Below, one piece after another: positions 30,193 to 42,000 of a DNA stretch of 64,000 nt. Each line of letters begins with the position of its first letter. Within the stretch, counting starts at the first letter, position 1. The stretch is taken from contig OY729431.1 in the NCBI GenBank assembly GCA_963422395.1, forward strand, positions 480,001 through 544,000, given 5' to 3'. The notes below the pieces were generated by a model. The model saw nothing but the letters and a program-made list of their open reading frames with translations, was not told where the DNA came from and searched no databases. The stretch comes from Vicinamibacteria bacterium. GTDB lineage: Bacteria; Acidobacteriota; Vicinamibacteria; Marinacidobacterales; Marinacidobacteraceae. Position numbers and translations under genes: made by a program.

Positions 30193-32111
30193 CGCCGGTG
30201 ACCGCGCCGTCGAAAAAGATCGTCCGGGTCGGGAACGCCGGGGGCTATTGGGGCGACGATCCCGGAGCGCTCCGGCGCCAGGTTCTCGGCCCGAGTCCGC
30301 CGGATTTCGTGACCGCCGACTTCCTGGCTGAGATCACCATGGGCATTTTGCAAAAGCAGCGTGTCCGCGACCCAGCAGCAGGGTATGCCCGCGACTTCGT
30401 GGACCAGCTCGCTCCGCTCCTCGGGGCGATTCGGCAGCGGGAGATCACAGTCATCACCAACGCCGGGGGGGTGAACCCCGAGGGCTGCGCCCAAGCCGTG
30501 CTCGAGGCAGCCCGGCGGGAGGGCCTTGGGCTCACGGTGGCGGTCGTGGACGGCGACGACCTGCTGCCCCGGATGGAGGAACTGCGGGCGGCAGGTTTCC
30601 GGTTCGACAATCTGGAGACGGAGGAACCCCTCGAATCCGGGGGCCGCCGGTTGCTTTCGGCGCATGCCTACCTGGGGGCCGAACCGGTCGTGCGGGCGCT
30701 CGCCCATCAGCCCGATGTCGTCGTCACGGGGCGGGTTACCGACCCGGCACTCACCCTGGCGGCGTTTCGCCACGCCTTCGGCTGGGAGCCGACCGATTGG
30801 GACCGGATCGCGGCCGGTATCGTGGCCGGGCATCTGCTCGAATGCGGGGCCCAGGCCACTGGCGGGAACTTCACCGACTGGCAGCGGGTCTCCGGCATCG
30901 GTGCCCAGGGTTTCCCGATCGTCGAGGGGGAAGAGGACGGGCGCTTCGTGCTGACGAAGCAGCCAGGCACCGGCGGGCTCGTGTCCCCGGCGGTGGTCAA
31001 GGAGCAGCTCCTCTACGAGCTGGGAGACCCCGAGTGCTATCTCTGCCCCGACGCGGTGGTCGATTTCTCGGGACTCACCGCGGAGACTTGGGGCAGGGAT
31101 CGGGTGCGGGTCGAGGGCGCCCGCGGCGCCCCGCCGCCTCTGGATCTCAAGGTGAGCGCGTCGGTCGCCGGAGGCTTTACGGCGCGGGCCAGTTTGGTGG
31201 TCGGCGGCCCCGATGCCGCCGGCAAGACGGAGGTGCTGGAAGAAGCGTTCCGCGGGCGCCTTGCGGAGGCCTGCGCGGCCGCAGGGGTTGCCGAGCCGGA
31301 AGAGCTGCGCTTCGACCTGGTGGGTCGGAACGCGGCGCAGCGCGGGCTCAGCGGCTCCGGGCTTTCCGAACCCGCCGAGGGTCTCGTTCGCCTCGCAGCC
31401 TGGAGCCCGCAGCGGGAACCGCTTCTCCTGTTCCGCAAGCTGGCGCCGAGCTTCTTGCTGAGCGGACCGCCGGGTCTCGCGGTCACCGGCGGAGCGCCGA
31501 AGGTCTCTGAAGTGATCGGCTACTGGCCGGCGCTCATCCCGCGGGAATTCGTTCCCGCCCGGGTTCGGGTACTTCGGGTCTCGCCCGGGGGAACTCCGGA
31601 ATCCATCGCCGAAGAAGAAGTGCGCCTGGGCGAGCCGACCGAAGCCGTCGGCTGCTTCCCGTCGGCTGCTTCCCGCCGTTCGGAGGCGCTCGATCGTCCG
31701 CGATCCCCTGCCGCCGTATCCGGCCGGGAGGTGGTCGCTCCGCTCGGAGCGGTGGCCCACGCTCGAAGCGGCGACAAGGGGAACTCGGCGAACATCGGAG
31801 TCATCGGTCGGAGCGAAGCCTGCTACCGGTGGTTGACCGAGACCCTGACCGTGCCGGTGGTGGCCGGGTGGGCCGATGGGGTCGCCGCGGGTCCGGTGAA
31901 ACGCTATGAACTGCCCGGGCTCCGGGCGCTGAACTTCGTGTTCGAAGGCGCCCTCGGCGGCGGCGGGACCCGGAGCCTCCTGCTCGACCCCCAGGGGAAA
32001 ACCCTGGCCCAGGGGCTGCTCCAGCGGCAGATCCGGCTGCCGGCGGCGCTCCTCGACACCATCGCCCCCGAGGATCGACCGGTCTCGCCGGCCTTCGCCG
32101 TCCGGTCATGA
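30189..32111 (+). CDS. Acyclic terpene utilization AtuA-family protein (DUF1446 plus C-terminal domain)
   Basis: VRVGNAGGYWGD, DFLAEITM, TNAGG, AYLG, GHLLECGAQATGGN, EQLLYE, HARSGDKG, DPQGK. Confidence 0.9.
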   Translation: MTPVTAPSKKIVRVGNAGGYWGDDPGALRRQVLGPSPPDFVTADFLAEITMGILQKQRVRDPAAGYARDFVDQLAPLLGAIRQREITVITNAGGVNPEGCAQAVLEAARREGLGLTVAVVDGDDLLPRMEELRAAGFRFDNLETEEPLESGGRRLLSAHAYLGAEPVVRALAHQPDVVVTGRVTDPALTLAAFRHAFGWEPTDWDRIAAGIVAGHLLECGAQATGGNFTDWQRVSGIGAQGFPIVEGEEDGRFVLTKQPGTGGLVSPAVVKEQLLYELGDPECYLCPDAVVDFSGLTAETWGRDRVRVEGARGAPPPLDLKVSASVAGGFTARASLVVGGPDAAGKTEVLEEAFRGRLAEACAAAGVAEPEELRFDLVGRNAAQRGLSGSGLSEPAEGLVRLAAWSPQREPLLLFRKLAPSFLLSGPPGLAVTGGAPKVSEVIGYWPALIPREFVPARVRVLRVSPGGTPESIAEEEVRLGEPTEAVGCFPSAASRRSEALDRPRSPAAVSGREVVAPLGAVAHARSGDKGNSANIGVIGRSEACYRWLTETLTVPVVAGWADGVAAGPVKRYELPGLRALNFVFEGALGGGGTRSLLLDPQGKTLAQGLLQRQIRLPAALLDTIAPEDRPVSPAFAVRS

Positions 32112-32926
32112 CCACTCCCCACCTCGAGCTCCAACCGGGAAGCGACGGGGTCGTCCATCTGACCCTGCGCCGGCCCGAGGCGCGGAACGCGCTGACCTCG
32201 GAGATGGTCGCCGGAATTCCGCTGCTGCTCGAGGAGGCGGCGTCGCTCGCGCCAGAGCGTTGCCGCGTGCTCGTACTTCGGGGCGAAGGGAGAATTTTCT
32301 GCGCCGGGGCAGACCTTCGGGCGATGCGCGCTTCGGGACAGGCGGGCGAGGCGGTGAACCGCGAGGATGCGCGGCGCTTCGCGGCCCTCTTCCGCGCCGT
32401 GGCGTCGTTCCCGGCGCCGGTGGTCGCTGCGGTTCAGGGAGCAGCGATCGGGGGCGGCTTCGGGCTCGCGGTCGCAAGCGATCAGGTGCTGGCCGAGGAG
32501 AACGCCCGCTTCGGGACGCCGGAGGTGCGGCTCGGGCTGGTTCCGGCGGTCATCTCTCCGTATGTGGTGCGCCGACTGGGACCCGGTAGGGCGGGTCCGT
32601 TCCTGCTCGGCGGCGCGTTCGCCTCCGGTCCGGAGGCCCTCGGCGCCGGAATCGTTCATGAGCTGACCTCGGTGGGAGATGTCGAGGCCGCGCTCGAGCA
32701 GACGCTGGAAGGTTTCCTCAAGAGCGCCCCGCGGGCAGTGCGGCGGGCCAAGGCGTTGATGCTCCGAGCCGTGCCGCTGCCTCCCCCGGACCTCGAGGAG
32801 CTGACGATCCAGACGATCGTCGAAGCGCGGGCTTCCGCTGAGGGACAGGCGGGAACGGCCGCGTTCTTCGCGAAGACCCCGCCGCCTTGGGTGCCGGCGA
32901 GAGGTTCGGGCGGGAGCGCCCGCTGA
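32108..32926 (+). CDS. Enoyl-CoA hydratase (methylglutaconyl-CoA hydratase LiuC/AtuE-like)
   Basis: RPEARNAL, FCAGADL, GAAIGGG, EVRLGLVPAVISPYV. Confidence 0.9.
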   Translation: MTTPHLELQPGSDGVVHLTLRRPEARNALTSEMVAGIPLLLEEAASLAPERCRVLVLRGEGRIFCAGADLRAMRASGQAGEAVNREDARRFAALFRAVASFPAPVVAAVQGAAIGGGFGLAVASDQVLAEENARFGTPEVRLGLVPAVISPYVVRRLGPGRAGPFLLGGAFASGPEALGAGIVHELTSVGDVEAALEQTLEGFLKSAPRAVRRAKALMLRAVPLPPPDLEELTIQTIVEARASAEGQAGTAAFFAKTPPPWVPARGSGGSAR

Positions 32927-32946
32927 CCGGAGCCTGCCGCCCCACC

Positions 32947-34908
32947 GTGCCGCGCCGCGCCGGATCGGCTCCGGTTCGACTCCTGATCGCCAACCGGGGC
33001 GAGATCGCCCGGCGGGTGCTCCGTTCGGCGCGGCGGTCGGGTTTCCAGGTGGGGGTCGTTTCCACGGCTTCCGACCGCGGCGCTCCGATCCGAGCCGAGG
33101 TGGACCGGGTGTTCGAGGTGCCGAACTTCCTCGATGTCGATGCGGTGGTGGCGGCGGCCTCCGACTGGCAAGCCGACCTGCTGCATCCGGGCTATGGGTT
33201 CCTGTCGGAAAACGCGGACTTCGCCGCCGCGGTCGAGAGTGCCGGGATCGGTTTCGTCGGGCCGACTCCGGAGGCGATGCGCAGCCTGGGCGACAAACAG
33301 GAGGCGCGGCGGCTGGCGGTTGCCGCGGAGGTCCCGGTGCTGCCGGCGCTTTCTTCTGCGCACCTCGCCGCGGTTCGGGACCCGGCGATGGCGCTGGAAC
33401 GGAGTGGTGTTGGCTTCCCCTGCGCAGTGAAGGCGGCGTTCGGAGGCGGCGGCCTCGGGATCCGGATCGTGCGCCGCCCTGCGGAACTCGACGAAGCGCT
33501 GGCGAAGGCGTCCGCGGAGGCGCGATCGGCCTTCGGCGATGGAACGGTCTATCTCGAGCGCTGGCTGGAACGGGCGCGGCATGTGGAGATCCAGGTCTTC
33601 GGGGACGGGCGGGGCGGCGGGATCCACCTCGGAGAGCGGGAATGCTCGGTCCAGCGCCGTCGGCAGAAACTGGTGGAGTGGTCCCCGGCGTTCGGGATGT
33701 CGGAAGAGCTCCGGCGGCGCTTGGGACAGGCGGCGCTGCGGCTGGTGCGGGAGTGCCGCTACCGGAACGCGGGGACGGTGGAGTTCCTGCTGGACGGCGA
33801 CGGAGCGTTCCACTTCCTCGAAGGGAACGCCCGGCTGCAAGTGGAGCATCCGGTCACCGAAATGGCGTACGGGGTGGATCTGGTGGACGCCCAGCTGTCG
33901 CAGGCGGCGGGAGAGTGGCCCCGATCGCTTCCCGATCCGGTGGATCGACCCGAGGTGTTCGAACCGGCCATTCCCCGGTTCGCCGCCGTCGAAGCCCGGA
34001 TCCTCGCCGAATCCCCTCGCGGCGGCTTCGCTCCGAGCCCCGGACAGGTGCGGCGTTACCGTGAGCCGGCCGGTCAGGGCATCCGGGTGGATTCCGGAAT
34101 CACCGCGGGCACCGTGGTTCCTCCCGGGTACGACTCGCTACTCGCCAAGGGGATCGCCGCGGGCGGAACGATGGCCGAGGCGGCGGAACGGCTTTCGGCG
34201 TGGATCGAGGAGATGGTCGTCCACGGCGTGGATACGAACTTCTCGCTGCTGCTCGCTATCCTCCGGCATCCGGATTTCCTCGCCGGACGGACGCATTCGA
34301 GTTGGGTCGAGGAGAGGGTGGACGAACTCGCAGTCTCGAAGCTGCCGCCGCTCCTCGATGTGCTCTTGCGTCGGGAACGAGTCGCGCAGTCGCTGGCGGA
34401 AGCGGCTTCGGGTCGGTCAGAGAGCCGGGGCGCGCGCTTTTTCCGCTCGGCGGGCGGGAACTGGAAGGCGCCCGCGGCGTTTCCGCAGATCGAGCCGGGA
34501 GACCGGCCAGGAGAGGTGCTGCTCTCCGGCGGAGCGGTCCGGGCGACGGGAGTCCGGGAACCGCTCCGACTCACCGCGACGGAGTTCGGCGGCGGGCGGA
34601 GAGTCGCAGTTTCCGCTTTCGGAGAGACCGTCGTTCTCCCGCTCCGAAGTGCCGGGGAAGAGTCCGATGTTTCCACCCGGGAGCGGGAAGTCCGGGCGCC
34701 TCTCGCCGGTCGGCTGTTGAGCATCCGCACCGACACCGGAAGCCGGGTGGAACGGGGGGAACAGGTCGCCGTCATCGAGTCCATGAAGATGCATTGGCAG
34801 ATCCGTGCCCCGGCGGATGGAGTGCTCGGGGAACCCGCCGCAGCTCCTGGCCAGACGGTGACCGCCGGCGCCCTCCTGTTCGCAGTCGCTCCGCCGTCAG
34901 CCGGCTGA
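32947..34908 (+). CDS. Biotin carboxylase / biotin carrier alpha subunit (LiuD/AtuF-like)
   Basis: LLIANRGEIA, HPGYGFLSEN, RHVEIQ, ERECSVQRRRQK, RLQVEHPVTE, YDSLLAK, ESMKM biotinylation motif. Start uncertain (32923 or 32947). Confidence 0.92.
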   Translation: MPRRAGSAPVRLLIANRGEIARRVLRSARRSGFQVGVVSTASDRGAPIRAEVDRVFEVPNFLDVDAVVAAASDWQADLLHPGYGFLSENADFAAAVESAGIGFVGPTPEAMRSLGDKQEARRLAVAAEVPVLPALSSAHLAAVRDPAMALERSGVGFPCAVKAAFGGGGLGIRIVRRPAELDEALAKASAEARSAFGDGTVYLERWLERARHVEIQVFGDGRGGGIHLGERECSVQRRRQKLVEWSPAFGMSEELRRRLGQAALRLVRECRYRNAGTVEFLLDGDGAFHFLEGNARLQVEHPVTEMAYGVDLVDAQLSQAAGEWPRSLPDPVDRPEVFEPAIPRFAAVEARILAESPRGGFAPSPGQVRRYREPAGQGIRVDSGITAGTVVPPGYDSLLAKGIAAGGTMAEAAERLSAWIEEMVVHGVDTNFSLLLAILRHPDFLAGRTHSSWVEERVDELAVSKLPPLLDVLLRRERVAQSLAEAASGRSESRGARFFRSAGGNWKAPAAFPQIEPGDRPGEVLLSGGAVRATGVREPLRLTATEFGGGRRVAVSAFGETVVLPLRSAGEESDVSTREREVRAPLAGRLLSIRTDTGSRVERGEQVAVIESMKMHWQIRAPADGVLGEPAAAPGQTVTAGALLFAVAPPSAG

Positions 34909-35822
34909 GCTGCGGCGCCGGAGGATCGGTTGGCGGCGATCCGGGCGGCGAAGGTGCAGCTGGAAGCGGAGCAGCGGGCGCGGGACGAGGCGCGGGGGCG
35001 GGTCCCCGGACAGACCCACAGTCCGGGGAACGGTCGGCGCTACCAGCGCGCGCATGGGGAGCCGAAGGCGGAAGCGCAGGGGAACTTCACCGACCCCGAG
35101 AGCCGGATCATGAAGACGAGCGCCGAGGGGTTCCAGCAGTGCTACAACGCGCAGATGGCGGTGGACGGAGAGAACCAGCTGGTGGTGTCGAACCAGCTGA
35201 CGGCGAATGCGGGCGACCAGGGGCAGCTGCCGGCGCTGCTGGACCGGGTGCGAGAAGAGTTGGGCGCGGTGCCGGCGGTGGTGATGGCTGATGCCGGATA
35301 CTGCAACGAGCGGGACCTGGCGCTGCTGGAGACCCGCGGGATAGACGGGTATGTCGCCGTCGGACGGGAAGGGCGGAAGCGGGCGGCGGGCACTCCGCGA
35401 AGCATCACCCGGCGACCCGCCGGATGAGAGAAAAACTGGCGGCTCACGCCGGGCGGAAGATCTACGCGGCGCGGAAGTGGCTGTCCGAGGCGCCCCACGG
35501 GTGGATCAAGGAGGTGATGGGGTTCCGGCGGTTCAGCTTCCGGGGGCTGCGCAAGGCGCAAGGAGAGTGGGACCTGGTCTGCCTGGCGTTGAACCTGCGA
35601 CGGCTCCCGGGGTTGCTGGCAGCGTAAACGCCTGCCCCGCCCCGCCCTGGCCCCATCAACCCGCCCAATGGCCCTCCGGAGCGCCTTCCCGAACTCCCCT
35701 CCCACCCGAAAACTGCGCGATCCCGCCCCATGACTCCGATCACGCGCTCCCGAACCCCCGAATCTCCCACGCGCTCCCGAACCCCCGATCCGCCCCAACC
35801 TTTCTGCAGCGCAGACTCCTAG
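34902..35822 (+). mobile_element. Truncated IS1182-family insertion sequence (3' half of transposase, frameshifted, with right end)
   Basis: PAELRRREDRL...NFTDPESRIMK...QCYNAQ...MADAGY, then a second frame YAARKWLSEAPHGWIKEVMGFRRFSFRGLRKAQGEWDLVCLALNLRRL. Ends with CAGACTCCTAG, resembling IS5/IS1182-type ends. 5' half is absent. Confidence 0.85.
35741..35788 (+). repeat. 21-bp direct repeat CACGCGCTCCCGAACCCCCGA x2 (27-bp period) in the IS 3' region
   Basis: Copies at 35741 and 35768. Confidence 0.85.
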
Positions 35823-36010
35823 TAGCCTGTGGATGAAGTGGCGCGAGCCCCAAGATCGGTGAGGCGCGCGGCGGACAAGGCGCGATTCGGGAGGCATACC
35901 GGGAGTATTCCGACGGAATCGCAACGCCGAGCGAAGCGGTTCAGGCGGGGCCCCCACCGGGAGAACTGGGCATCGCCGACCTTTGGTCGTGTGACTTTGT
36001 CCACGGGCTG

Positions 36011-39000
36011 CTAAGCCTCCATTCCCGCTCGCTCGCGCTGAGCCGCCCTTTGGAGCAGACGCTCCCAGGCTGCGGCGGAACCGCCGATACCGACGGTCAG
36101 GACCGCAGCGATGAGCAGGACTGGCCATCGTTTTCCCGGATCGGCGCCGGCGGCGAGGAGCGCCGCGATCACGGCGGGTTCCGGGTTGTTCCTGCCGGCC
36201 TCGTGGAGGGGAGTGTTGCCGGCTTCGTCGCGGCTGTTGGGATCGGCACCGGCGGCGATCAGCGCTGCGATCACGGCGGGGTTCGGGTTGTTCCAGGCGG
36301 CTTGGTGGAGGGGGGTGTTGCCATGCACGTCGCGGCTGTCGGGGTCGGCGCCGGCGGCGAGGAGTGCTGTGATCACGGCGGGTTTCGGGTTGCCCCAGGC
36401 GGTCTGGTGGAGCGGCGTGCTGCCCTGCGCGTCGCGTGCCTCGGGGTCGGCACCGGCGGCGATCAGCGCCTCGATCATCGCAGAGGCCCCGGTCGTCGCC
36501 GCCGCTTGGAGGGGGGTGCTGCCGTTCGCGTCGCGGCTGTTGGGATCGGCGCCGGCGGCGAGGAGTGCTGTGATCACGGCGGGTTCCGGGTTGTTCCTGC
36601 CGGCCTCGTGGAGGGGAGTGTTGCCGGCTTCGTCGCGGCTGTTGGGATCGGCACCGGCGGCGATCAGCGCTGCGATCACGGCGGGGTTCGGGTTGTTCCA
36701 GGCGGCTTGGTGGAGGGGGGTGTTGCCATGCACGTCGCGGCTGTCGGGGTCGGCGCCGGCGGCGAGGAGTGCTGTGATCACGGCAGGTTTCGGGTTGCCC
36801 CAGGCGGTCTGGTGGAGCGGCGTGCTGCCCTGCGCGTCGCGTGCCTCGGGGTCGGCACCGGCGGCGATCAGCGCCTCGATCATCGCAGAGGCCCCGGTCG
36901 TCGCCGCCGCTTGGAGGGGGGTGCTGCCGTTCGCGTCGCGGCTGTCGGGATCGGCGCCGGCGGCGAGGAGTGCTGTGATCACGGCGGGGTTCGGGTTGTT
37001 CTTGACGGCCTCGTGGAGGGGGGTGTTGCCGGCTTCGTCGCGGCTGTCGGGGTCGGCGCCGGCGGCGGCGAGCGCCGCGATCACGGCGGGGTTCGGGTTG
37101 TTCGAGGCGGCCTGATGGAGGGGGGTGTTGCCGTCCGCGTCGCGGCTGTCGGGGTCGGCGCCGGCGGCGGCGAGCGCCGCGAGCACGGCGGGTTCCGGGT
37201 TGTTCCAGGCGGCTTGCTGCAGCGGGGTGCTGCCGTTCGCGTCGCGGCTGTTGGGATCGGCGCCGGCGGCGGCGAGCGCTGCGATCACGGCGGGTTCCGG
37301 GTTGTTCTTGACGGCCTCGTGGAGGGGGGTGTTGCCGTTCGCGTCGCGGCTGTCGGGGTCGGCGCCGGCGGCGGCGAGCGCTGTGATCACAGCGGGGTCC
37401 GGGTTGTTCGAGGCGGCCTGATGGAGGGGGGTGTTGCCGTTCGCGTCGCGGCTGTCGGGGTCGGCGCCGGCGGCGGCGAGCGCTGCGATCACGGCGGGTT
37501 CCGGGTTGTTCTTGACGGCCTCGTGGAGGGGGGTGTTGCCGGCTTCGTCGCGGCTGTCGGGGTCGGCGCCGGCGGCGGCGAGCGCCGCGATCACGGCGGG
37601 GTTCGGGTTGTTCGAGGCGGCCTGATGGAGGGGGGTGTTGCCGTCCGCGTCGCGGCTGTCGGGGTCGGCGCCGGCGGCGGTGAGCGCTGCGATCACGGCG
37701 GGGTCCGGGTTGCTCCAGGCGGTCTGGTGGAGCAGCGTGCTGCCGTTCGCGTCGCGTGCCTCGGGGTCGGCGCCGGCGGCGACGAGCGCCGCGAGCACGG
37801 CGGGGTTCGGGTTGTTCCAGGCGGCTCGCTGCAGCGGGGTGCTGCCGTTCGCGTCGCGGCTGTCGGGGTCGGCGCCGGCGGCGGCGAGCGCTGTGATCAC
37901 AGCGGGGTCCGGGTTGTTCGAGGCGGCCTGATGGAGGGGGGTGTTGCCGTTCGCGTCGCGGCTGTCGGGGTCGGCGCCGGCGGCGGCGAGCGCTGCGATC
38001 ACGGCGGGTTCCGGGTTGTTCTTGACGGCCTCGTGGAGGGGGGTGTTGCCGGCTTCGTCGCGGCTGTCGGGGTCGGCGCCGGCGGCGGCGAGCGCTGCGA
38101 TCACGGCGGGGTTCGGGTTGTTCGAGGCGGCCTGATGGAGGGGGGTGTTGCCGTCCGCGTCGCGGCTGTCGGGGTCGGCGCCGGCGGCGGTGAGCGCTGC
38201 GATCACGGCGGGGTCCGGGTTGCTCCAGGCGGTCTGGTGGAGCAGCGTGCTGCCGTTCGCGTCGCGTGCCTCGGGGTCGGCGCCGGCGGCGACGAGCGCC
38301 GCGAGCACGGCGGGGTTCGGGTTGTTCCAGGCGGCTCGCTGCAGCGGGGTGCTGCCGTTCGCGTCGCGGCTGTCGGGATCGGCGCCGGCGGCGGCGAGCG
38401 CTGCGATCACAGCGGGGTCCGGGTTGTTCGAGGCGGCCTGATGGAGGGGGGTGTTGCCGTTCGCGTCGCGGCTGTCGGGGTCGGCGCCGGCGGCGGCGAG
38501 CGCTGTGATCACAGCGGGGTCCGGGTTGTTCGAGGCGGCCTGATGGAGGGGGGTGTTGCCGTTCGCGTCGCGGCTGTCGGGGTCGGCGCCGGCGGCGGCG
38601 AGCGCTGCGATCACGGCGGGTTCCGGGTTGCTCCAGGCGGCCTGATGGAGGGGGGTGTCGCCGTTCGCGTCGCGGCTGTCGGGATCGGCGCCGGCGGCGG
38701 CGAGCGCTGCGATCACGGCGGGTTCCGGGTTGTTCCTGACGGCCTGATGGAGCGGGGTGCTGCCGTTCGCGTCGCGGCTGTCGGGATCGGCGCCGGCGGC
38801 GGCGAGCGCTGCGATCACGGCGGGTTCCGGGTTGTTCTTGACGGCCTCGTGGAGGGGGGTGTTGCCGGCTTCGTCGCGGCTGTCGGGGTCGGCGCCGGCG
38901 GCGGCGAGCGCTGCGATCACGGCGGGGTTCGGGTTGTTCGAGGCGGCCTGATGGAGGGGGGTGTTGCCGTCCGCGTCGCGGCTGTCGGGGTCGGCGCCGG

Positions 39001-42000
39001 CGGCGGCGAGCGCTGCGATCACGGCGGGGTCCGGGTTGCTCCAGGCGGTCTGGTGGAGCAGCGTGCTGCCGTTCGCGTCGCGTGCCTCGGGGTCGGCGCC
39101 GGCGGCGACGAGCGCCGCGAGCACGGCGGGGTCCGGGTTGTTCCAGGCGGCTCGCTGCAGCGGGGTGCTGCCGTTCGCGTCGCGGCTGTCGGGGTCGGCG
39201 CCGGCGGCGGCGAGCGCTGCGATCACGGCGGGTTCCGGGTTGTTCTTGACGGCCTCGTGGAGGGGGGTGTTGCCGGCTTCGTCGCGGCTGTCGGGGTCGG
39301 CGCCGGCGGCGGCGAGCGCTGCGATCACGGCGGGGTTCGGGTTGTTCGAGGCGGCCTGATGGAGGGGGGTGTTGCCGTCCGCGTCGCGGCTGTCGGGGTC
39401 GGCGCCGGCGGCGGCGAGCGCTGCGATCACGGCGGGGTCCGGGTTGCTCCAGGCGGTCTGGTGGAGCAGCGTGCTGCCGTTCGCGTCGCGTGCCTCGGGG
39501 TCGGCGCCGGCGGCGGCGAGCGCCGCGAGCACGGCGGGGTTCGGGTTGTTCCAGGCGGCTCGCTGCAGCGGGGTGCTGCCGTTCGCGTCGCGGCTGTCGG
39601 GATCGGCGCCGGCGGCGGCGAGCGCTGCGATCACGGCGGGTTCCGGGTTGTTCCTGACGGCCTGGTGGAGGGGGGTGTTGCCGTTCGCGTCGCGGCTGTC
39701 GGGGTCGGCGCCGGCGGCGGCGAGCGCTGTGATCACAGCGGGGTCCGGGTTGTTCGAGGCGGCCTGATGGAGGGGGGTGTTGCCGTTCGCGTCGCGGCTG
39801 TCGGGGTCGGCGCCGGCGGCGGCGAGCGCTGCGATCACGGCGGGTTCCGGGTTGCTCCAGGCGGCCTGATGGAGGGGGGTGTCGCCGTTCGCGTCGCGGC
39901 TGTCGGGGTCGGCGCCGGCGGCGGCGAGCGCTGCGATCACGGCGGGGTTCGGGTTGTTCGAGGCGGCCTGATGGAGCGGGGTGCTGCCGTTCGCGTCGCG
40001 GCTGTCGGGATCGGCGCCGGCGGCGGCGAGCGCTGCGATCACGGCGGGTTCCGGGTTGTTCTTGACGGCCTCGTGGAGGGGGGTGTTGCCGGCTTCGTCG
40101 CGGCTGTCGGGGTCGGCGCCGGCGGCGGCGAGCGCTGCGATCACGGCGGGGTTCGGGTTGTTCGAGGCGGCCTGGTGGAGGGGGGTGTTGCCGTCCGCGT
40201 CGCGGCTGTCGGGGTCGGCGCCGGCGGCGGCGAGCGCTGCGATCACGGCGGGGTCCGGGTTGCTCCAGGCGGTCTGGTGGAGCAGCGTGCTGCCGTTCGC
40301 GTCGCGTGCCTCGGGGTCGGCGCCGGCGGCGACGAGCGCTGCGAGCACGGCGGGGTTCGGGTTGTTCCTGACGGCCTGGTGGAGGGGGGTGTTGCCGTTC
40401 GCGTCGCGGCTGTCGGGATCGGCGCCGGCGGCGGCGAGCGCTGCGATCACGGTGGGTTCCGGGTTGTTCCTGACGGCCTCGTGGAGGGGGGTGTTGCCGG
40501 CTTCGTCGCGGCTGTCGGGGTTGGCGCCGGCGGCGGCGAGCGCTGCGATCACGGCGGGGTTCGGGTTGTTCGAGGCGGCCTGATGGAGGGGGGTGTTGCC
40601 GTCCGCGTCGCGGCTGTCGGGGTCGGCGCCGGCGGCGGCGAGCGCTGCGATCACGGCGGGGTCCGGGTTGCTCCAGGCGGTCTGGTGGAGCAGCGTGCTG
40701 CCGTTCGCGTCGCGTGCCTCGGGGTCGGCGCCGGCGGCGGCGAGCGTCGCGAGCACGGCGGGGTTCGGGTTGTTCCAGGCGGCTCGCTGCAGCGGGGTGC
40801 TGCCGTTCGCGTCGCGGCTGTCGGGATCGGCGCCGGCGGCGGCGAGCGCTGCGATCACGGCGGGTTCCGGGTTGTTCGAGGCGGCCTGGTGGAGGGGGGT
40901 GTTGCCGTTCGCGTCGCGGCTGTCGGGGTCGGCGCCGGCGGCGGCGAGCGCTGTGATCACAGCGGGGTCCGGGTTGTTCGAGGCGGCCTGATGGAGGGGG
41001 GTGTTGCCGTTCGCGTCGCGGCTGTCGGGGTCGGCGCCGGCGGCGGCGAGCGCTGTGATCACAGCGGGGTCCGGGTTGTTCCTGACGGCCTGGTGGAGGG
41101 GGGTGTTGCCGTTCGCGTCGCGGCTGTCGGGGTCGGCGCCGGCGGCGGCGAGCGCTGCGATCACGGCGGGTTCCGGGTTGTTCTTGACGGCCTCGTGGAG
41201 GGGGGTGTTGCCGGCTTCGTCGCGGCTGTCGGGGTCGGCGCCGGCGGCGGCGAGCGCTGCGATCACGGCGGGGTTCGGGTTGTTCGAGGCGGCCTGATGG
41301 AGGGGGGTGTTGCCGTCCGCGTCGCGGCTGTCGGGGTCGGCGCCGGCGGCGGTGAGCGCTGCGATCACGGCGGGGTCCGGGTTGCTCCAGGCGGTCTGGT
41401 GGAGCAGCGTGCTGCCGTTCGCGTCGCGTGCCTCGGGGTCGGCGCCGGCGGCGACGAGCGCCGCGAGCACGGCGGGGTTCGGGTTGTTCCAGGCGGCTCG
41501 CTGCAGCGGGGTGCTGCCGTTCGCGTCGCGGCTGTCGGGATCGGCGCCGGCGGCGGCGAGCGCTGCGATCACGGCGGGTTCCGGGTTGTTCCTGACGGCC
41601 TGGTGGAGGGGGGTGTTGCCGTTCGCGTCGCGGCTGTCGGGGTCGGCGCCGGCGGCGGCGAGCGCTGTGATCACAGCGGGGTCCGGGTTGTTCGAGGCGG
41701 CCTGATGGAGGGGGGTGTTGCCGTTCGCGTCGCGGCTGTCGGGGTCGGCGCCGGCGGCGGCGAGCGCTGCGATCACGGCGGGTTCCGGGTTGTTCTTGAC
41801 GGCCTCGTGGAGGGGGGTGTTGCCGGCTTCGTCGCGGCTGTCGGGGTCGGCGCCGGCGGCGGCGAGCGCTGCGATCACGGCGGGGTTCGGGTTGTTCGAG
41901 GCGGCCTGATGGAGGGGGGTGTTGCCGTCCGCGTCGCGGCTGTCGGGGTCGGCGCCGGCGGCGGTGAGCGCTGCGATCACGGCGGGGTCCGGGTTGCTCC

